NCBI GenBank assembly: GCA_963662625.1
Contig: OY759726.1
Location: forward strand, 1,216,001-1,280,000
Source: Nitrosopumilus sp.
GTDB taxonomy: Archaea; Thermoproteota; Nitrososphaeria; Nitrososphaerales; Nitrosopumilaceae
Length of the DNA: 64,000 bases
Direction: 5' to 3'
Shown here: positions 48,273-58,772 of the stretch, in pieces
Layout: each line of letters starts with the position of its first letter
How positions within the stretch are numbered: the stretch's first letter is position 1
Program-made: the position numbers and the translations under genes
Notes under the pieces: generated by a model
Database searches by the model: none
Told to the model about the DNA's origin: nothing
What the model saw: the letters and a program-made list of their open reading frames with translations, nothing else

Positions 48273-51200
48273 TCACTTGCTTGCCCAGTCTCTGGCAACT
48301 ACCTCTGCCTGACGCAAAACGGTTTCAGTTGCCTTTTTCTGCCTGTCCGGCGGATAGCCGTGTTTTTTCAGTATCTTTTTTACCTTCAAGCGGATCGCTG
48401 CCTGGACGCTCTCCCTGCGCGTCCAGTCGATCGTGACGCTGTTTCTTATCGTCTCTGTTAGCTCAACGGCGATCTTTCTCAGCGTCTTGTCTCCCAGGAT
48501 CCGTACCGCGCTGTCGTTTACCCCCAAGGCATCGTAAAACGCTATCTCGTCTTCGCTCATGTTTTCTGCCTTTCCCCTGTTCTTTTCATCCCTTACCTGT
48601 CTTGCAAGATCTATCAACTCTTTAATCACCTGTGCCGCCTCCACGCTCCTGTTCGTGTATTTCCTTATTGACCTGTCAAGCAACTCCATGAAGGACTTGC
48701 CTTGGACGATGTTTTTCTTTGAGATGATTCGGATCTCGTCGCTTAGCAGCTTCTTGAGTGCCTCAAACGCCAGATTACGCTGCGGCATCTCCCTGACATC
48801 GTTGAGGAATCCTTCGGAAAGGACTGACATCTCCGGCTTTTGAATCCCTGCAGCCTCGAAGATGTCGATTATCCTGTCAGATATAACCGCCTTTGAGAGG
48901 ATCTGTCTTATCGCGGTGTCGAACTTTTCCCTCCTCCCTTTCTCGGTTTCGGTAGTTTTGGCTATTGCGGCCTTTATTGCCTGGAAGAACCCCACATCAT
49001 CCTTGATTTTCATTGCCTTGCGGTGTGGGACGGCAAGTGAGAACGCCTTTATCAGTGCAGATGTCTCCCTGTAGAACCTCTCCTTTCCGTCCTTTTCTTT
49101 CAAAATGTGCTCCATTGCGTTTGGAACGAACGATATTCTCTCACTGGACCTTAACTCGAAGAATTTTTTATAGTCAAACCCGTGGAACATGTCCCTCACA
49201 ACCTCGTATTTTTCAAGCATAAGGGACACCGCGGCGTCTTGATCAAAGGTTGGCCTTCCCCTCCCGCCGCTTGCAGTATAGTCGGAGAGGGCTTTTCTCA
49301 GATCTGCCCCCACCCCCATGTAGTCTACTACCAAGCCCCCTTCCTTGCCGGGGTACACCCTGTTTACTCTGGCAATCGCCTGCATGAGCGTGTGCCCCCT
49401 GATCGGCTTGTCAAGATACATGGTGTGGAGGGAGGGCGCGTCAAACCCCGTAAGGAACATGTCCCTCACTATGAGGATTCTTGGTTTCTGGCCAGGTTTC
49501 TTGAAGCTGTCCCCGATCTTTTTTCTTCTCCTTTTGTTTCGTATGTGTTCCTGCCATTCCTTGGGATCCGAAGCAGATCCTGTCATGACCACCTTTATCG
49601 TACCACGGTCGTCTTTTTTGTCGTACCACCCGCGTCTGAGATCGACGATCGCATCGTGCAGGCTGACGCATATCCTTCTTGACATGCAGACAACCAGCGC
49701 CTTGCCTTCAAGCACTGCCGTTCTTTCCTCAAAATGGTTTACTATGTCGCTGGCAACCCTCCTGACCCTGGTTGGCGAGCCAACCACCTTTTCCACCCTC
49801 GACCACTCGCTCTTTAGCCTCTCCTTTCCTACGACCTCCTCCCCCTCGGTCACGCCTTCGAAATCCTTGTCTATCTTCGGCCTCTCCTCGGGCTTTAGCT
49901 CCAGTTTTGCAAGCCTGCTCTCGTAATAGATCTTCACCGTGGAGCCGTCGTCCACTGCCTGTTCGATGTCGTACGCGTCCACATACTTGCCAAAGACGGC
50001 AGGGGTGGACCTGTCTGCCTCTTCTATGGGCGTTCCCGTAAATCCGATAAACGACGCGTTGGGCAGAGCGTCTCTCAGGTATTTTGCGTATCCGTACGTT
50101 ATCAGAGTCTTGTCTTTTTTGCTCAGGATTCTTGCGGAGAACCCGTACTGGCTTCTGTGCGCCTCGTCAGCAATCACTACGATGTTGTCACGTCCGGACA
50201 AGACCTCGTGTTTCTCCCCTTCCTCTCCTGGAAGGAACTTCTGTATCGTTGTAAACACCATGCCTCCCGAAGCCACCTTGAGAAGCCTTGTAAGGTCCTT
50301 TCTGCGTTCGGCATGTATCGGTGCCTGCCTCAGGATGTCTTGGCACCTCCCAAACGTTTCATACAGCTGGTCATCAAGGTCGTTCCGGTCGGTCAGAACT
50401 ATAATGGTGGGGTTGTCAAGTTCTCTTGCCAGAATCCCGGCATAAAATATCATGGTGAGGGATTTTCCGGATCCCTGGGTGTGCCAGACTATGCCTGCCT
50501 TCCTGTTGCCCTTTCTTGCCTTGGTGGTGGACTCTACTGCCTTGTTTGCCGCCCAATACTGGTGGTATGCGGCAAGTTTCTTTGCGGCCACATTGTCTTT
50601 CTCAAACACGACAAAATTCCTCACGATGTCCAAAAATCTTTTCCTGTCACACATACCCCGCAGCAAAACCTCTACCTCGGTCAGGCCCTTCCTTGGCTCC
50701 CCGCCATCGATGGTCTTCCACCGCATGAACCTTTCCTTTACTGAACTGATGGTTCCTGCCCTTGCCTCTATGCCGTCGCTTATCACCAGGATTTCGTTGA
50801 ATCTAAACAGGTATGGAATTTGATCCATGTATGTCTGGAATTGGTCGTATGCAGCCCAGATGTCTGCACGCTCGTCGGCCAGGTTTTTTAACTCAAGTAT
50901 TAGCAGCGGGATTCCGTTGACAAACAAAACAACGTCCGGCCTCCTTTCGACGCTGTTTTCTATAACGGTGAACTGGTTCGTAGCCATGAAGTCGTTGTCT
51001 TTGATCTTACTTGGGTCAAATTCGAAGAGCCAGACCTTCTTGTAGCGTTCCCCGTCTTTTGCCTTGACCGGAACGTCCACTCCGTCCACCAGCATCCTAT
51101 GGAATTCCTCGTTGTCTGCGACAAGCTTCTGGCCAGCACTACGCCTGACCTGCCTGATTGCGTCCTCTATTGCGTATCCCGGGACAGCCGGGTTGATTTT

Positions 51201-51377
51201 ATTTAGGGCATCACGAAGCCTGCCTGCCAGTATGACTTCCTTGTAATTGTCTCTCAATGCTTGGCATCCATCTGGAAGATAGTCCTCGTTGTCTCCGCGG
51301 ATTATCTCATGCCCAAGATCTCTCAGAATGGACAGGACGCTTTCTTCCACGTCTGCTTCGGTGATTGCTTTTCTCAT
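48273..51377 (-). CDS. hsdR: Type I restriction enzyme subunit R
   Basis: RPDVVLFVNGIPLLILELK, HTQGSGKS, DEAHRSQY, FTGTP, QAIARVNR. Confidence 0.97.
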   Translation of the reverse strand: MRKAITEADVEESVLSILRDLGHEIIRGDNEDYLPDGCQALRDNYKEVILAGRLRDALNKINPAVPGYAIEDAIRQVRRSAGQKLVADNEEFHRMLVDGVDVPVKAKDGERYKKVWLFEFDPSKIKDNDFMATNQFTVIENSVERRPDVVLFVNGIPLLILELKNLADERADIWAAYDQFQTYMDQIPYLFRFNEILVISDGIEARAGTISSVKERFMRWKTIDGGEPRKGLTEVEVLLRGMCDRKRFLDIVRNFVVFEKDNVAAKKLAAYHQYWAANKAVESTTKARKGNRKAGIVWHTQGSGKSLTMIFYAGILARELDNPTIIVLTDRNDLDDQLYETFGRCQDILRQAPIHAERRKDLTRLLKVASGGMVFTTIQKFLPGEEGEKHEVLSGRDNIVVIADEAHRSQYGFSARILSKKDKTLITYGYAKYLRDALPNASFIGFTGTPIEEADRSTPAVFGKYVDAYDIEQAVDDGSTVKIYYESRLAKLELKPEERPKIDKDFEGVTEGEEVVGKERLKSEWSRVEKVVGSPTRVRRVASDIVNHFEERTAVLEGKALVVCMSRRICVSLHDAIVDLRRGWYDKKDDRGTIKVVMTGSASDPKEWQEHIRNKRRRKKIGDSFKKPGQKPRILIVRDMFLTGFDAPSLHTMYLDKPIRGHTLMQAIARVNRVYPGKEGGLVVDYMGVGADLRKALSDYTASGGRGRPTFDQDAAVSLMLEKYEVVRDMFHGFDYKKFFELRSSERISFVPNAMEHILKEKDGKERFYRETSALIKAFSLAVPHRKAMKIKDDVGFFQAIKAAIAKTTETEKGRREKFDTAIRQILSKAVISDRIIDIFEAAGIQKPEMSVLSEGFLNDVREMPQRNLAFEALKKLLSDEIRIISKKNIVQGKSFMELLDRSIRKYTNRSVEAAQVIKELIDLARQVRDEKNRGKAENMSEDEIAFYDALGVNDSAVRILGDKTLRKIAVELTETIRNSVTIDWTRRESVQAAIRLKVKKILKKHGYPPDRQKKATETVLRQAEVVARDWASK

Positions 51378-52708
51378 TTTTTGGCTCCTGTCGGCACACG
51401 GATTTTACCGGACATTAATTTTGGTACAAGCAAGTCTCTTAATTCAACTAGTATTTTGATTTGCCGTTCGTAGTGTTTGATTTGGGACCAAATAGGATAA
51501 ACAGTTTTATGAAATAAGTCTATTAGAAATCTAGGAGGTAGTATAATTGGTAATTTTCTAAACGTGCTTCTCCCAATCTCTAAAAAAGTAGTCCCATTTG
51601 CATTTTCAATGAATTCCTTAACTCTGTGTTTAAAATTACAGTAGAGATAAAACAGATCAGTATCGTTTCTAGTTTCAATGATTATGAATCCTTGATTTGC
51701 TGCACAGGGAATCGTGTTTATTGCAAAATATCCAATACTAGCTCTAGATGTCATAAATATTGAATTCTCTGGATGCAGTTTAGAAGCGCAGTTATCTAAT
51801 CCTTTTTCCGTGATTTTTCTTACGGTGTCTTTAAGAAACACATGATCTGATTTTGTAAGATCGGATGGAACAGCCCAGCTGATGCCTCCTTCCCAAAAAC
51901 TTGGGTTTTTTGTTGATGGTGTCCCGCCTCCAAATGTATCACATACTTGCATTATTGATTTAATCCCCCATCCCTTTGGGACATACTTTTCCAATTCATC
52001 ACTATACATCATTTCCCCGCCGGATGATCTGTACGGCATCCCTTTTTCGTCTGGGAACTCATAGTCGATAAACCACGATTTGAATACTGCTTGGGCCATC
52101 CACTCTAAGGTATTGTTCATTTTATGGTTTAACTCGATTTTGGCGTCTAAGTCGAATAGGATTTTTGCAATCTTCTGTTGTTCCGTAAGTGAGGGTAGTG
52201 GTATAAACAACCGAACAACATCCCTTTGATATAAATGGGGGATAACGGAACCTTCGATTCGACTTTTAACTAATTCTTTAAAGAAATTAGAATTAAAATA
52301 TTGATAGAGATAACCTTGATGCAACCTGCTTGATGAGCTACGAATTAGGAATATTCCAGAAGCCAAAGTTGCCAGTTCTGGAAGCTGTGTTATGTAGGCA
52401 GTTTTTCCAATAGTCCCATCTTTCGTCATCAATATGTCGTTCAATTTTACAGAAATTTCTTCTGACTCATCATATCTCCATTTGGGAACTCTTAAACAAT
52501 TACTCCAATCCACTTTGCCATTTTTTATATCCGGGCCATTGATAATAATTACGCCGCTATTCCCAAATTCAGATTTTTTGAGTCCTTTCCAACCAATTCG
52601 CCCCTTAATGAAAACCAATTCTTCCAATTTGTTTAGTCCCCACTCTTCGGGAATAACTCCTATCTCAGTTTGCTTGAATTTATTATTCTGCCCCACCAAT
52701 TGTCTCAC
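51374..52708 (-). CDS. hsdS: Type I restriction enzyme specificity subunit S
   Basis: Two TRDs, PLPSLTEQQKIA conserved region, LRDLLVPKLMSG. Confidence 0.95.
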   Translation of the reverse strand: MRQLVGQNNKFKQTEIGVIPEEWGLNKLEELVFIKGRIGWKGLKKSEFGNSGVIIINGPDIKNGKVDWSNCLRVPKWRYDESEEISVKLNDILMTKDGTIGKTAYITQLPELATLASGIFLIRSSSSRLHQGYLYQYFNSNFFKELVKSRIEGSVIPHLYQRDVVRLFIPLPSLTEQQKIAKILFDLDAKIELNHKMNNTLEWMAQAVFKSWFIDYEFPDEKGMPYRSSGGEMMYSDELEKYVPKGWGIKSIMQVCDTFGGGTPSTKNPSFWEGGISWAVPSDLTKSDHVFLKDTVRKITEKGLDNCASKLHPENSIFMTSRASIGYFAINTIPCAANQGFIIIETRNDTDLFYLYCNFKHRVKEFIENANGTTFLEIGRSTFRKLPIILPPRFLIDLFHKTVYPIWSQIKHYERQIKILVELRDLLVPKLMSGKIRVPTGAKK

Positions 52709-53654
52709 CTTGAATCGTTAGAATCTCGTTGGCGCTCTCGTCAAATAATACATTTACACCCGCTTCCCTATCAGAAATTTTGATTTTACTAACAAAACAC
52801 ACCATATTTTCAAAATACGCTGCACTTTCATCTAGCGATGAAAATATCTCTTTAAGTAGAATTGGAGAATCAATTATGTCTTCAGTTAAAGAAATAACAC
52901 TAACGTTTTCTGCCCGAATATCAAACTCTGACACAATCATTTGTTCTAGCTTGGAAATTAGATATTGCTTCCTAGCTATTGCATCGTATTTTTTTTCACG
53001 TATTTTTTTAGCATACGTTGACTTTAGTTCAGATGTTAGTTCATACATTGATTTAATTATTTTAAAATTAATGTCAACGATCATACAGCCATCGAAATCC
53101 TTATCATGTGTGAATAAAATCACATTGGAACAACCATTTTTGATGCTGTGCTTGATTAATGTTTCCCAAATAATGGCATCTTTGAAGCCAGAGTTTTTAC
53201 CAACTTTGAAAGGAGGTTTTGACTCAATAACCCCTTGAACTAATGAATCTAGTACAGAAGCTTTTTTGCCATCTTCAATTTTGATGGTTGTAATGCTATT
53301 CTCTTGTAGAAACATCGTGACTTTTGGATTGAGGTATTCAACGCAATCAAAGGAATCGTCAGGGAGATCAAAGTCTGGAATGGAAATATTTTTTAAAGTT
53401 TTGAGTCTTTTAGATGCGGAAATTAGATCCACTTTGTCTTTTTCATAAGCTTTCTTTTTTTGCACAAGTAATTCTTGCAAGGTCATATCAGCAACTGCCA
53501 AAATTATGTTTTCCGATAGGCTATTTTCCTCAATAAAATTTTTTAGTGTTTTAAATTCATGATCAAAACCAAAGCTATCATAACGCGGAGATTTGCCAAA
53601 CATGCTTCGGATTTTGTTTGTATCCATCAGGATGAGAGTTTTATCAGAATTCAT
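52683..53654 (-). CDS. PIN-domain protein (DUF4935-like)
   Basis: LMDTN...GFKDAIIWET...FTHDKDF acidic PIN residues; very AT-rich. Confidence 0.8.
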   Translation of the reverse strand: MNSDKTLILMDTNKIRSMFGKSPRYDSFGFDHEFKTLKNFIEENSLSENIILAVADMTLQELLVQKKKAYEKDKVDLISASKRLKTLKNISIPDFDLPDDSFDCVEYLNPKVTMFLQENSITTIKIEDGKKASVLDSLVQGVIESKPPFKVGKNSGFKDAIIWETLIKHSIKNGCSNVILFTHDKDFDGCMIVDINFKIIKSMYELTSELKSTYAKKIREKKYDAIARKQYLISKLEQMIVSEFDIRAENVSVISLTEDIIDSPILLKEIFSSLDESAAYFENMVCFVSKIKISDREAGVNVLFDESANEILTIQGETIGGAE

Positions 53655-55184
53655 ATCCGATATCAGCCAAGTTTTTCCTTATTTCTGTATCGAGCCTTTT
53701 ACTTTCCTTCATCTGCTTTGCAAGATCTGATGTTAGACGCTTTATTTTTTCTTCAAATTCCTCCGGATCTTCCTCCTCATATTCCATTCCGACGTACCTG
53801 CCAGGTGTCAGAACCCACTCGTGTTTTCTTATCTCTTCCCAAGAAGCAGATTTGCAGAACCCTGGAATGTCTTTGTATTTTCTATCTGTTTCGCCTTCCA
53901 TGCATGATAAGTGCTGGAGATTCTTGCTATGTCATCTGCAGTTAGCTCCCTGTGCCGTCTATCCACCATGGAGCCAAGTCGCCTAGCATCTATGAATAAT
54001 ATTTGTTCTCTTCTATCTCTAAATCTGTGGTTTTTCTTATCGCGTGAAACAAACCATAAGCATGCTGGAATCATTGTGTTGTAGAATAACTGTGAAGGTA
54101 AAGCTACCATACAATCTACTAAATCTGATTCGATAATGTTCTTGCGAATATTTCCCTCACCTGATGTGTTGGAAGACATAGAGCCATTTGCCAAAACAAA
54201 TCCTGCAATCCCAACAGGTGAGAGATGGTGTATGAAATTTTGTACCCATGCAAAGTTTGCATTACCTTTGGGCGGAGTTCCAAAATTCCACCTTACATCA
54301 TCTGTAAGAAGTTCACCATTCCAATCACTGTCATTAAATGGGGGGTTGGCTAAGATGAAATCTGCTTTCAAGTCTTTAAATTGGTCATCACTAAAGGAGT
54401 TTCCCCATTCAATGCCTGCATCTATGCCTCTGATCGCCATGTTCATCTTGCATAAACGCCAAGTGGTCTGGTTACTTTCTTGGCCAAAGACAGAAACATC
54501 CCCGATTTTCCCACCGTGAGCTTCGATGAACCTCTCACTCTGGACGAACATTCCTCCTGAACCACAACACGGATCAAATATCCTTCCTTTGTATGGTTCT
54601 AGCATCTCAACTAGAAGGCGGACAATACTTCTTGGGGTATAAAACTGTCCTCCTTTCTTGCCCTCTGCGTCAGCAAACTGACCCAAAAAGTATTCGTAAA
54701 CCCGGCCAAGAATATCCCTACTTTTACTTTCTTTATCGCCTAAACCAATAGTGCCGATCATGTCAATTAATTCTCCAAGCCTTTGCTTGTTCAGTGTTTG
54801 TCGGGCATAATTTTTTTGAAGGACTCCTTTCAGAGAACGGTTGTCTCTTTCTATTGCGTCCATAGCATCGTCGATCATTTGGCCAATCTCGGGTTTTTTT
54901 GCGTTATTTTCAAGATAGTTCCACCTTGCCTTTTTAGGAACCCAGAAAATCCTTCTTGCGATGTATTCGTCAACATCTTCGGGATCTGAAGCTGAGTCTT
55001 TTTCCAGCTCCTCGTAGGCCTCTGTAAAAGCGTCAGAGATGTACTTTAAGAAGATCAGGCCAAGAACGACATGTTTGTATTCGGCTGCGTCCATGTTGCT
55101 TCGAAGCTTATCGGCTGCTATCCAGAGTGTTCTCTCAAGGCCCAACGTGGCTTCGTTTTTGCCCTTTTTTAGACCCATGATCAA
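53644..55184 (-). pseudogene. hsdM: Type I methyltransferase subunit M, frameshifted near the 3' end
   Basis: [18 protein letters not shown] in 53829..55184; C-terminal DIPGFCKSA...VLTPGRYVG in 53644..53901; 1-nt shift near 53897 (HAW|KGETD). Confidence 0.88.
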
Positions 55185-55251
55185 GCCACCGAGTCAGTGT
55201 CATAAAAATACACCCCTGCAGGCAGTAGGAATGATCCAAATGCGAGTATTA

Positions 55252-56889
55252 TTATACGAGATTCAGTTCCACGCTATAGCGTTTATTCATTGCCTTGATC
55301 ATCTCGTTAGCAATCAACGGCATTGCGGGATATCCCCTACCATGCTTCAACAGCTCTTTGTTTCTGAAATCCACCATATCGATTGCATTCAACAGTTCAT
55401 CAAGATCCAAATTCAGCTCCAGATCTTTTTCAAGAAGCTTGTCTAGAACCAGCAACAGGGCATTCACAGTAGTAAACCTCGTCAACCCAAATTCCTTGTT
55501 GTTCAACCATTTGTCTTTCTCTGGATCCTCATCTCGTACCTTATTTCTTATAATGCCAAAAAACCTTACAAGGATGCTTGCCTGTTTTTTGAATGCCTCC
55601 TGATTTCCTCTGTCTGAGAACGGCTTTGCAACATCAAATTTTGCCACATTGTACAGATTTCCAGAGTATGTGTTTGTTTTTTTGTCATACCCTAAAAGTG
55701 TGTGGAGTAGTTTTGTCTTTGCAAAGCCAGATATTGTAATTGGTTTTTTGGTATCCATCTCTGATACTTTTATCATGCCCTTCCAGGGATCTCTCTTGTT
55801 TAACTCGGAGACTAACAGGCTTGGCCAAGTGATTTCATGCTTGAGATCTTGGATTATTGTTGCAAGGTCATTGAACAAAACTGCATCGATTTTTTTCTGA
55901 TAATAGTTTATGTTCACGAATGCCTTATTTTGTTTTATGGGGGATAATTTATCAAAAACTACGACTGGAATTTTGAAATCATCGTTATCATCCATATTCC
56001 AATCCTTATATCTGGGATGGTCTTTGAACCCAAAAATCCTGTGCTGTCCATCTATTATCCAAGCTGAGCAGTACGAGGTCGGAAATGTTAATTTGTTTGA
56101 TCTAAATCTAATTTTCTCCTGAACTTTTTGACTATCATCAAACACGATAATTACGGGATTTGGCAGCATCAGATCATCTGATTCGTTAAAGAATTTTGAA
56201 ATGTTCCTGATCCTATCCCTTGTAATTATTCTCTGATATGCGTTGGGCTTGTTACTTGTTCTTCTATATACATAGGCCATCTTTAACAATAATCCTGGAT
56301 GTATTCCCAGCATGTACATGGAGTTATCTCCTTGTTTGATTTCCACAGCATCCTCTTCGTGGGTATCTTTTGCTGCCAATTTAACGTCAAATTCTTTCAA
56401 AATCTCGTGTTTAGTTATAGACCTAAGAATGTTGGAAATTCTGGCATAATACTTGACTGCCTTGTCATCCCAAAAGAGAAATCCGGCGCTTTCAATACGT
56501 TTTTGCGTATTCACCCCGGCTAATTTTTTTGTAAAAGCATAACAGCATTTTATTTCGGCAATTCTCTTTAGGACGTTATCGGATATGAAGTGAGAAGAAC
56601 TGCCAATAACTCTGAAATTTTTGTCCTGCACATTTTGTATGTATTTCTGCGTTGAGTTTATTTCCTTTTTTAAGCCTGGAATCCTTTCTCTGTCCTTGCA
56701 TTGGAATACTAACAGTGTTTTTTTATGTACTGCGCAAACGTCTATAGAAAATTCAGGTTCGTTATCACCATCAGTGTCTATGTCCACTTCGGTATCCGCA
56801 AATTCAAAACCCGAATTCTCGAGGATTTTTTTTATGCTTTTTTTTAGCCTTTTGTGCCCCGGGGTTTCGGTAAGCATAGTCTCTGTCAT
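55252..56889 (-). CDS. Mrr-like PD-(D/E)XK nuclease fused to a DGQHR (DndB/ParB-like) domain
   Basis: IDVCA...VFQCK in the N-terminus; YQR, PNPVII, IIDGQHR, FVNIN..QKKI. Confidence 0.85.
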   Translation of the reverse strand: MTETMLTETPGHKRLKKSIKKILENSGFEFADTEVDIDTDGDNEPEFSIDVCAVHKKTLLVFQCKDRERIPGLKKEINSTQKYIQNVQDKNFRVIGSSSHFISDNVLKRIAEIKCCYAFTKKLAGVNTQKRIESAGFLFWDDKAVKYYARISNILRSITKHEILKEFDVKLAAKDTHEEDAVEIKQGDNSMYMLGIHPGLLLKMAYVYRRTSNKPNAYQRIITRDRIRNISKFFNESDDLMLPNPVIIVFDDSQKVQEKIRFRSNKLTFPTSYCSAWIIDGQHRIFGFKDHPRYKDWNMDDNDDFKIPVVVFDKLSPIKQNKAFVNINYYQKKIDAVLFNDLATIIQDLKHEITWPSLLVSELNKRDPWKGMIKVSEMDTKKPITISGFAKTKLLHTLLGYDKKTNTYSGNLYNVAKFDVAKPFSDRGNQEAFKKQASILVRFFGIIRNKVRDEDPEKDKWLNNKEFGLTRFTTVNALLLVLDKLLEKDLELNLDLDELLNAIDMVDFRNKELLKHGRGYPAMPLIANEMIKAMNKRYSVELNLV

Positions 56890-57203
56890 ATAATGTTGCT
56901 TAATAAGGTGTATTCAGAAGTTCTTAGTGGCTTTCTGTAACACTTTTGATTGTTACACTTTCTCTTTATTTTCGTTAAGATGTCTGAGTGTATGTTGTTG
57001 TATTTGCGATCTACTCTACGCCTCTGTTAAGAATGGTTTTGAATATGCCTGTTAACCCCACAATTTTTTATCTGGAAGAAACACTATGGAAAGTTCAATT
57101 GAGTTCTACTCAACAGTTTTGGGAATATGCTTGAAATCGTTGTGAACAACTTGATTTGACATGGGATCAACTCCCTATGTTTTTGAATACGTGATTAGGC
57201 GTA

Positions 57204-58580
57204 CTAATGCCCTTGTGCTTTTGTCACCTCGTACATCTCTCCGGCGCCCTTCTTTTTGCCAGTGTTCTTCAAAAACCCCTCATACTCCAATACATCAATT
57301 ACGGCCTTGATCGGCTGCCTGTTTTCAACTAGTCTGGAAGGGAGAATTTCATTCAGCTGGGCTTTGTGAAAAGCGTGCGACGGGAGTGAGTTCAGTACAA
57401 CACATAACGGAGACTTGGGTTCTGAAACGCTTCCTATCCTAATTCTGGTGGGGTCGTTGCTTCTCGCCATTATGTAACAAATCCACTGGCCCCTCTTGTT
57501 TTTGTAATACAGGTAATTTCCGCGCATGCCCAGAACCTCTTTTGATGACGGTTTTGAAAAAATAAACCTGAAGCCGCTGGGAACCTTTGAAATGTCCAAG
57601 TGCGCGTCTGCTTTTTTCCCGGACTCCTCGCCATCAGACCAGTTTATCGGGTGATAAACAGGGATCATAAAGTTTGACAGCACGATTCGTTCGCCCAAGC
57701 GCTTTTTTGCTAATTTGACGTACTCTGATCTCTTGTCAATCCCAATAAATCTGCGATTGAGATGATGTGCAATCTTTGTTGTTTGCCCGCTGCCGTTCAT
57801 TGGATCCAAGACCACGTCTCCTTCCTTGGAATATAGTTTGATCAGTCTCCAGGGTATCTGCTCTGGAAAAACCGCCGGATGGCCGATTGATCGTGGAGGC
57901 ACTGGGGTGATGTCCCAAATGGGTTTTTCTGATTCCTTTTTGACGGCCTCGTCAACAGGCAAGTCCCATATCGAGAGGGATACTTGGCGTTTCATTGCCC
58001 TGTTGAGCGGAATTTTCTTTGTTGTTGCCTTGTTAATTTCACGCCTCTGCGGCCCTTTCTCCAAGATGATTATGTATTCGTGCATTATGTTGCTTCTGTA
58101 ATAGGTGGGCAGAGGGTTTTGAACGAATATGCCGAACCTGTTTCCAGATCCATGTCTTCCCGCGGTAACCTTGTTCCAAATGATCATATCTCGCAGTTTC
58201 CATCCGCCACTGGAAGAATCATCTTCTTTTACCAACTTGGAAATCAGAAGGCTGGGCAGCGGGATCAACCTCCCGTTATCCACCTCGTCTCCAATTACTA
58301 TGCAACAAAATCCCCCGGGAATGGTTGCCTTGTAGACCTCTAGAAAAATTTTTTCCATGTCGCCCAAGTATTCTGACGTTTTTAGCCCTACGTCACCGCG
58401 AAATCTGTCATTTTTCTTATTTTTTACATTTGTCACATGCCGGGAATAATTTATGGCGTTTCTGTAAGGCGGGGATGTTATCGTCAGCGCCACGCTTTCT
58501 GACTCCACATAATCGCTGAGATTTTTACTGTCTGCCTTGATAATGTCGTTTATAATCGGTTTTGGCTTTGCCACAATCAA
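57204..58580 (-). CDS. Beta-class N4/N6 DNA methyltransferase with C-terminal extension
   Basis: TSPPY (motif IV), HPAVFP, VLDPMNGSGQT (motif I); ~140 extra C-terminal residues. Confidence 0.92.
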   Translation of the reverse strand: MIVAKPKPIINDIIKADSKNLSDYVESESVALTITSPPYRNAINYSRHVTNVKNKKNDRFRGDVGLKTSEYLGDMEKIFLEVYKATIPGGFCCIVIGDEVDNGRLIPLPSLLISKLVKEDDSSSGGWKLRDMIIWNKVTAGRHGSGNRFGIFVQNPLPTYYRSNIMHEYIIILEKGPQRREINKATTKKIPLNRAMKRQVSLSIWDLPVDEAVKKESEKPIWDITPVPPRSIGHPAVFPEQIPWRLIKLYSKEGDVVLDPMNGSGQTTKIAHHLNRRFIGIDKRSEYVKLAKKRLGERIVLSNFMIPVYHPINWSDGEESGKKADAHLDISKVPSGFRFIFSKPSSKEVLGMRGNYLYYKNKRGQWICYIMARSNDPTRIRIGSVSEPKSPLCVVLNSLPSHAFHKAQLNEILPSRLVENRQPIKAVIDVLEYEGFLKNTGKKKGAGEMYEVTKAQGH

Positions 58581-58772
58581 GGTCTTTTTCTGGATCTATT
58601 TAGCTTTTTCTGGAGCGAAAATTAAGCGAAATGTGTGCCGGATTGAGATGGGATTCATGCTCGTGTTTGCCCAAAACTTCCACTATGACTAATTTGAGTT
58701 TGCACTTCACTTCACTGAGCAGTGTCGGCAGTATCCTTACCCGTTCCTCTTATCTGTGCATAGCCGGGCACC

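Noticed and set aside
56890-57203. Additional gene between the MTase and the DGQHR gene
   Set aside because: Only short frames interrupted by stops; no recognisable motif
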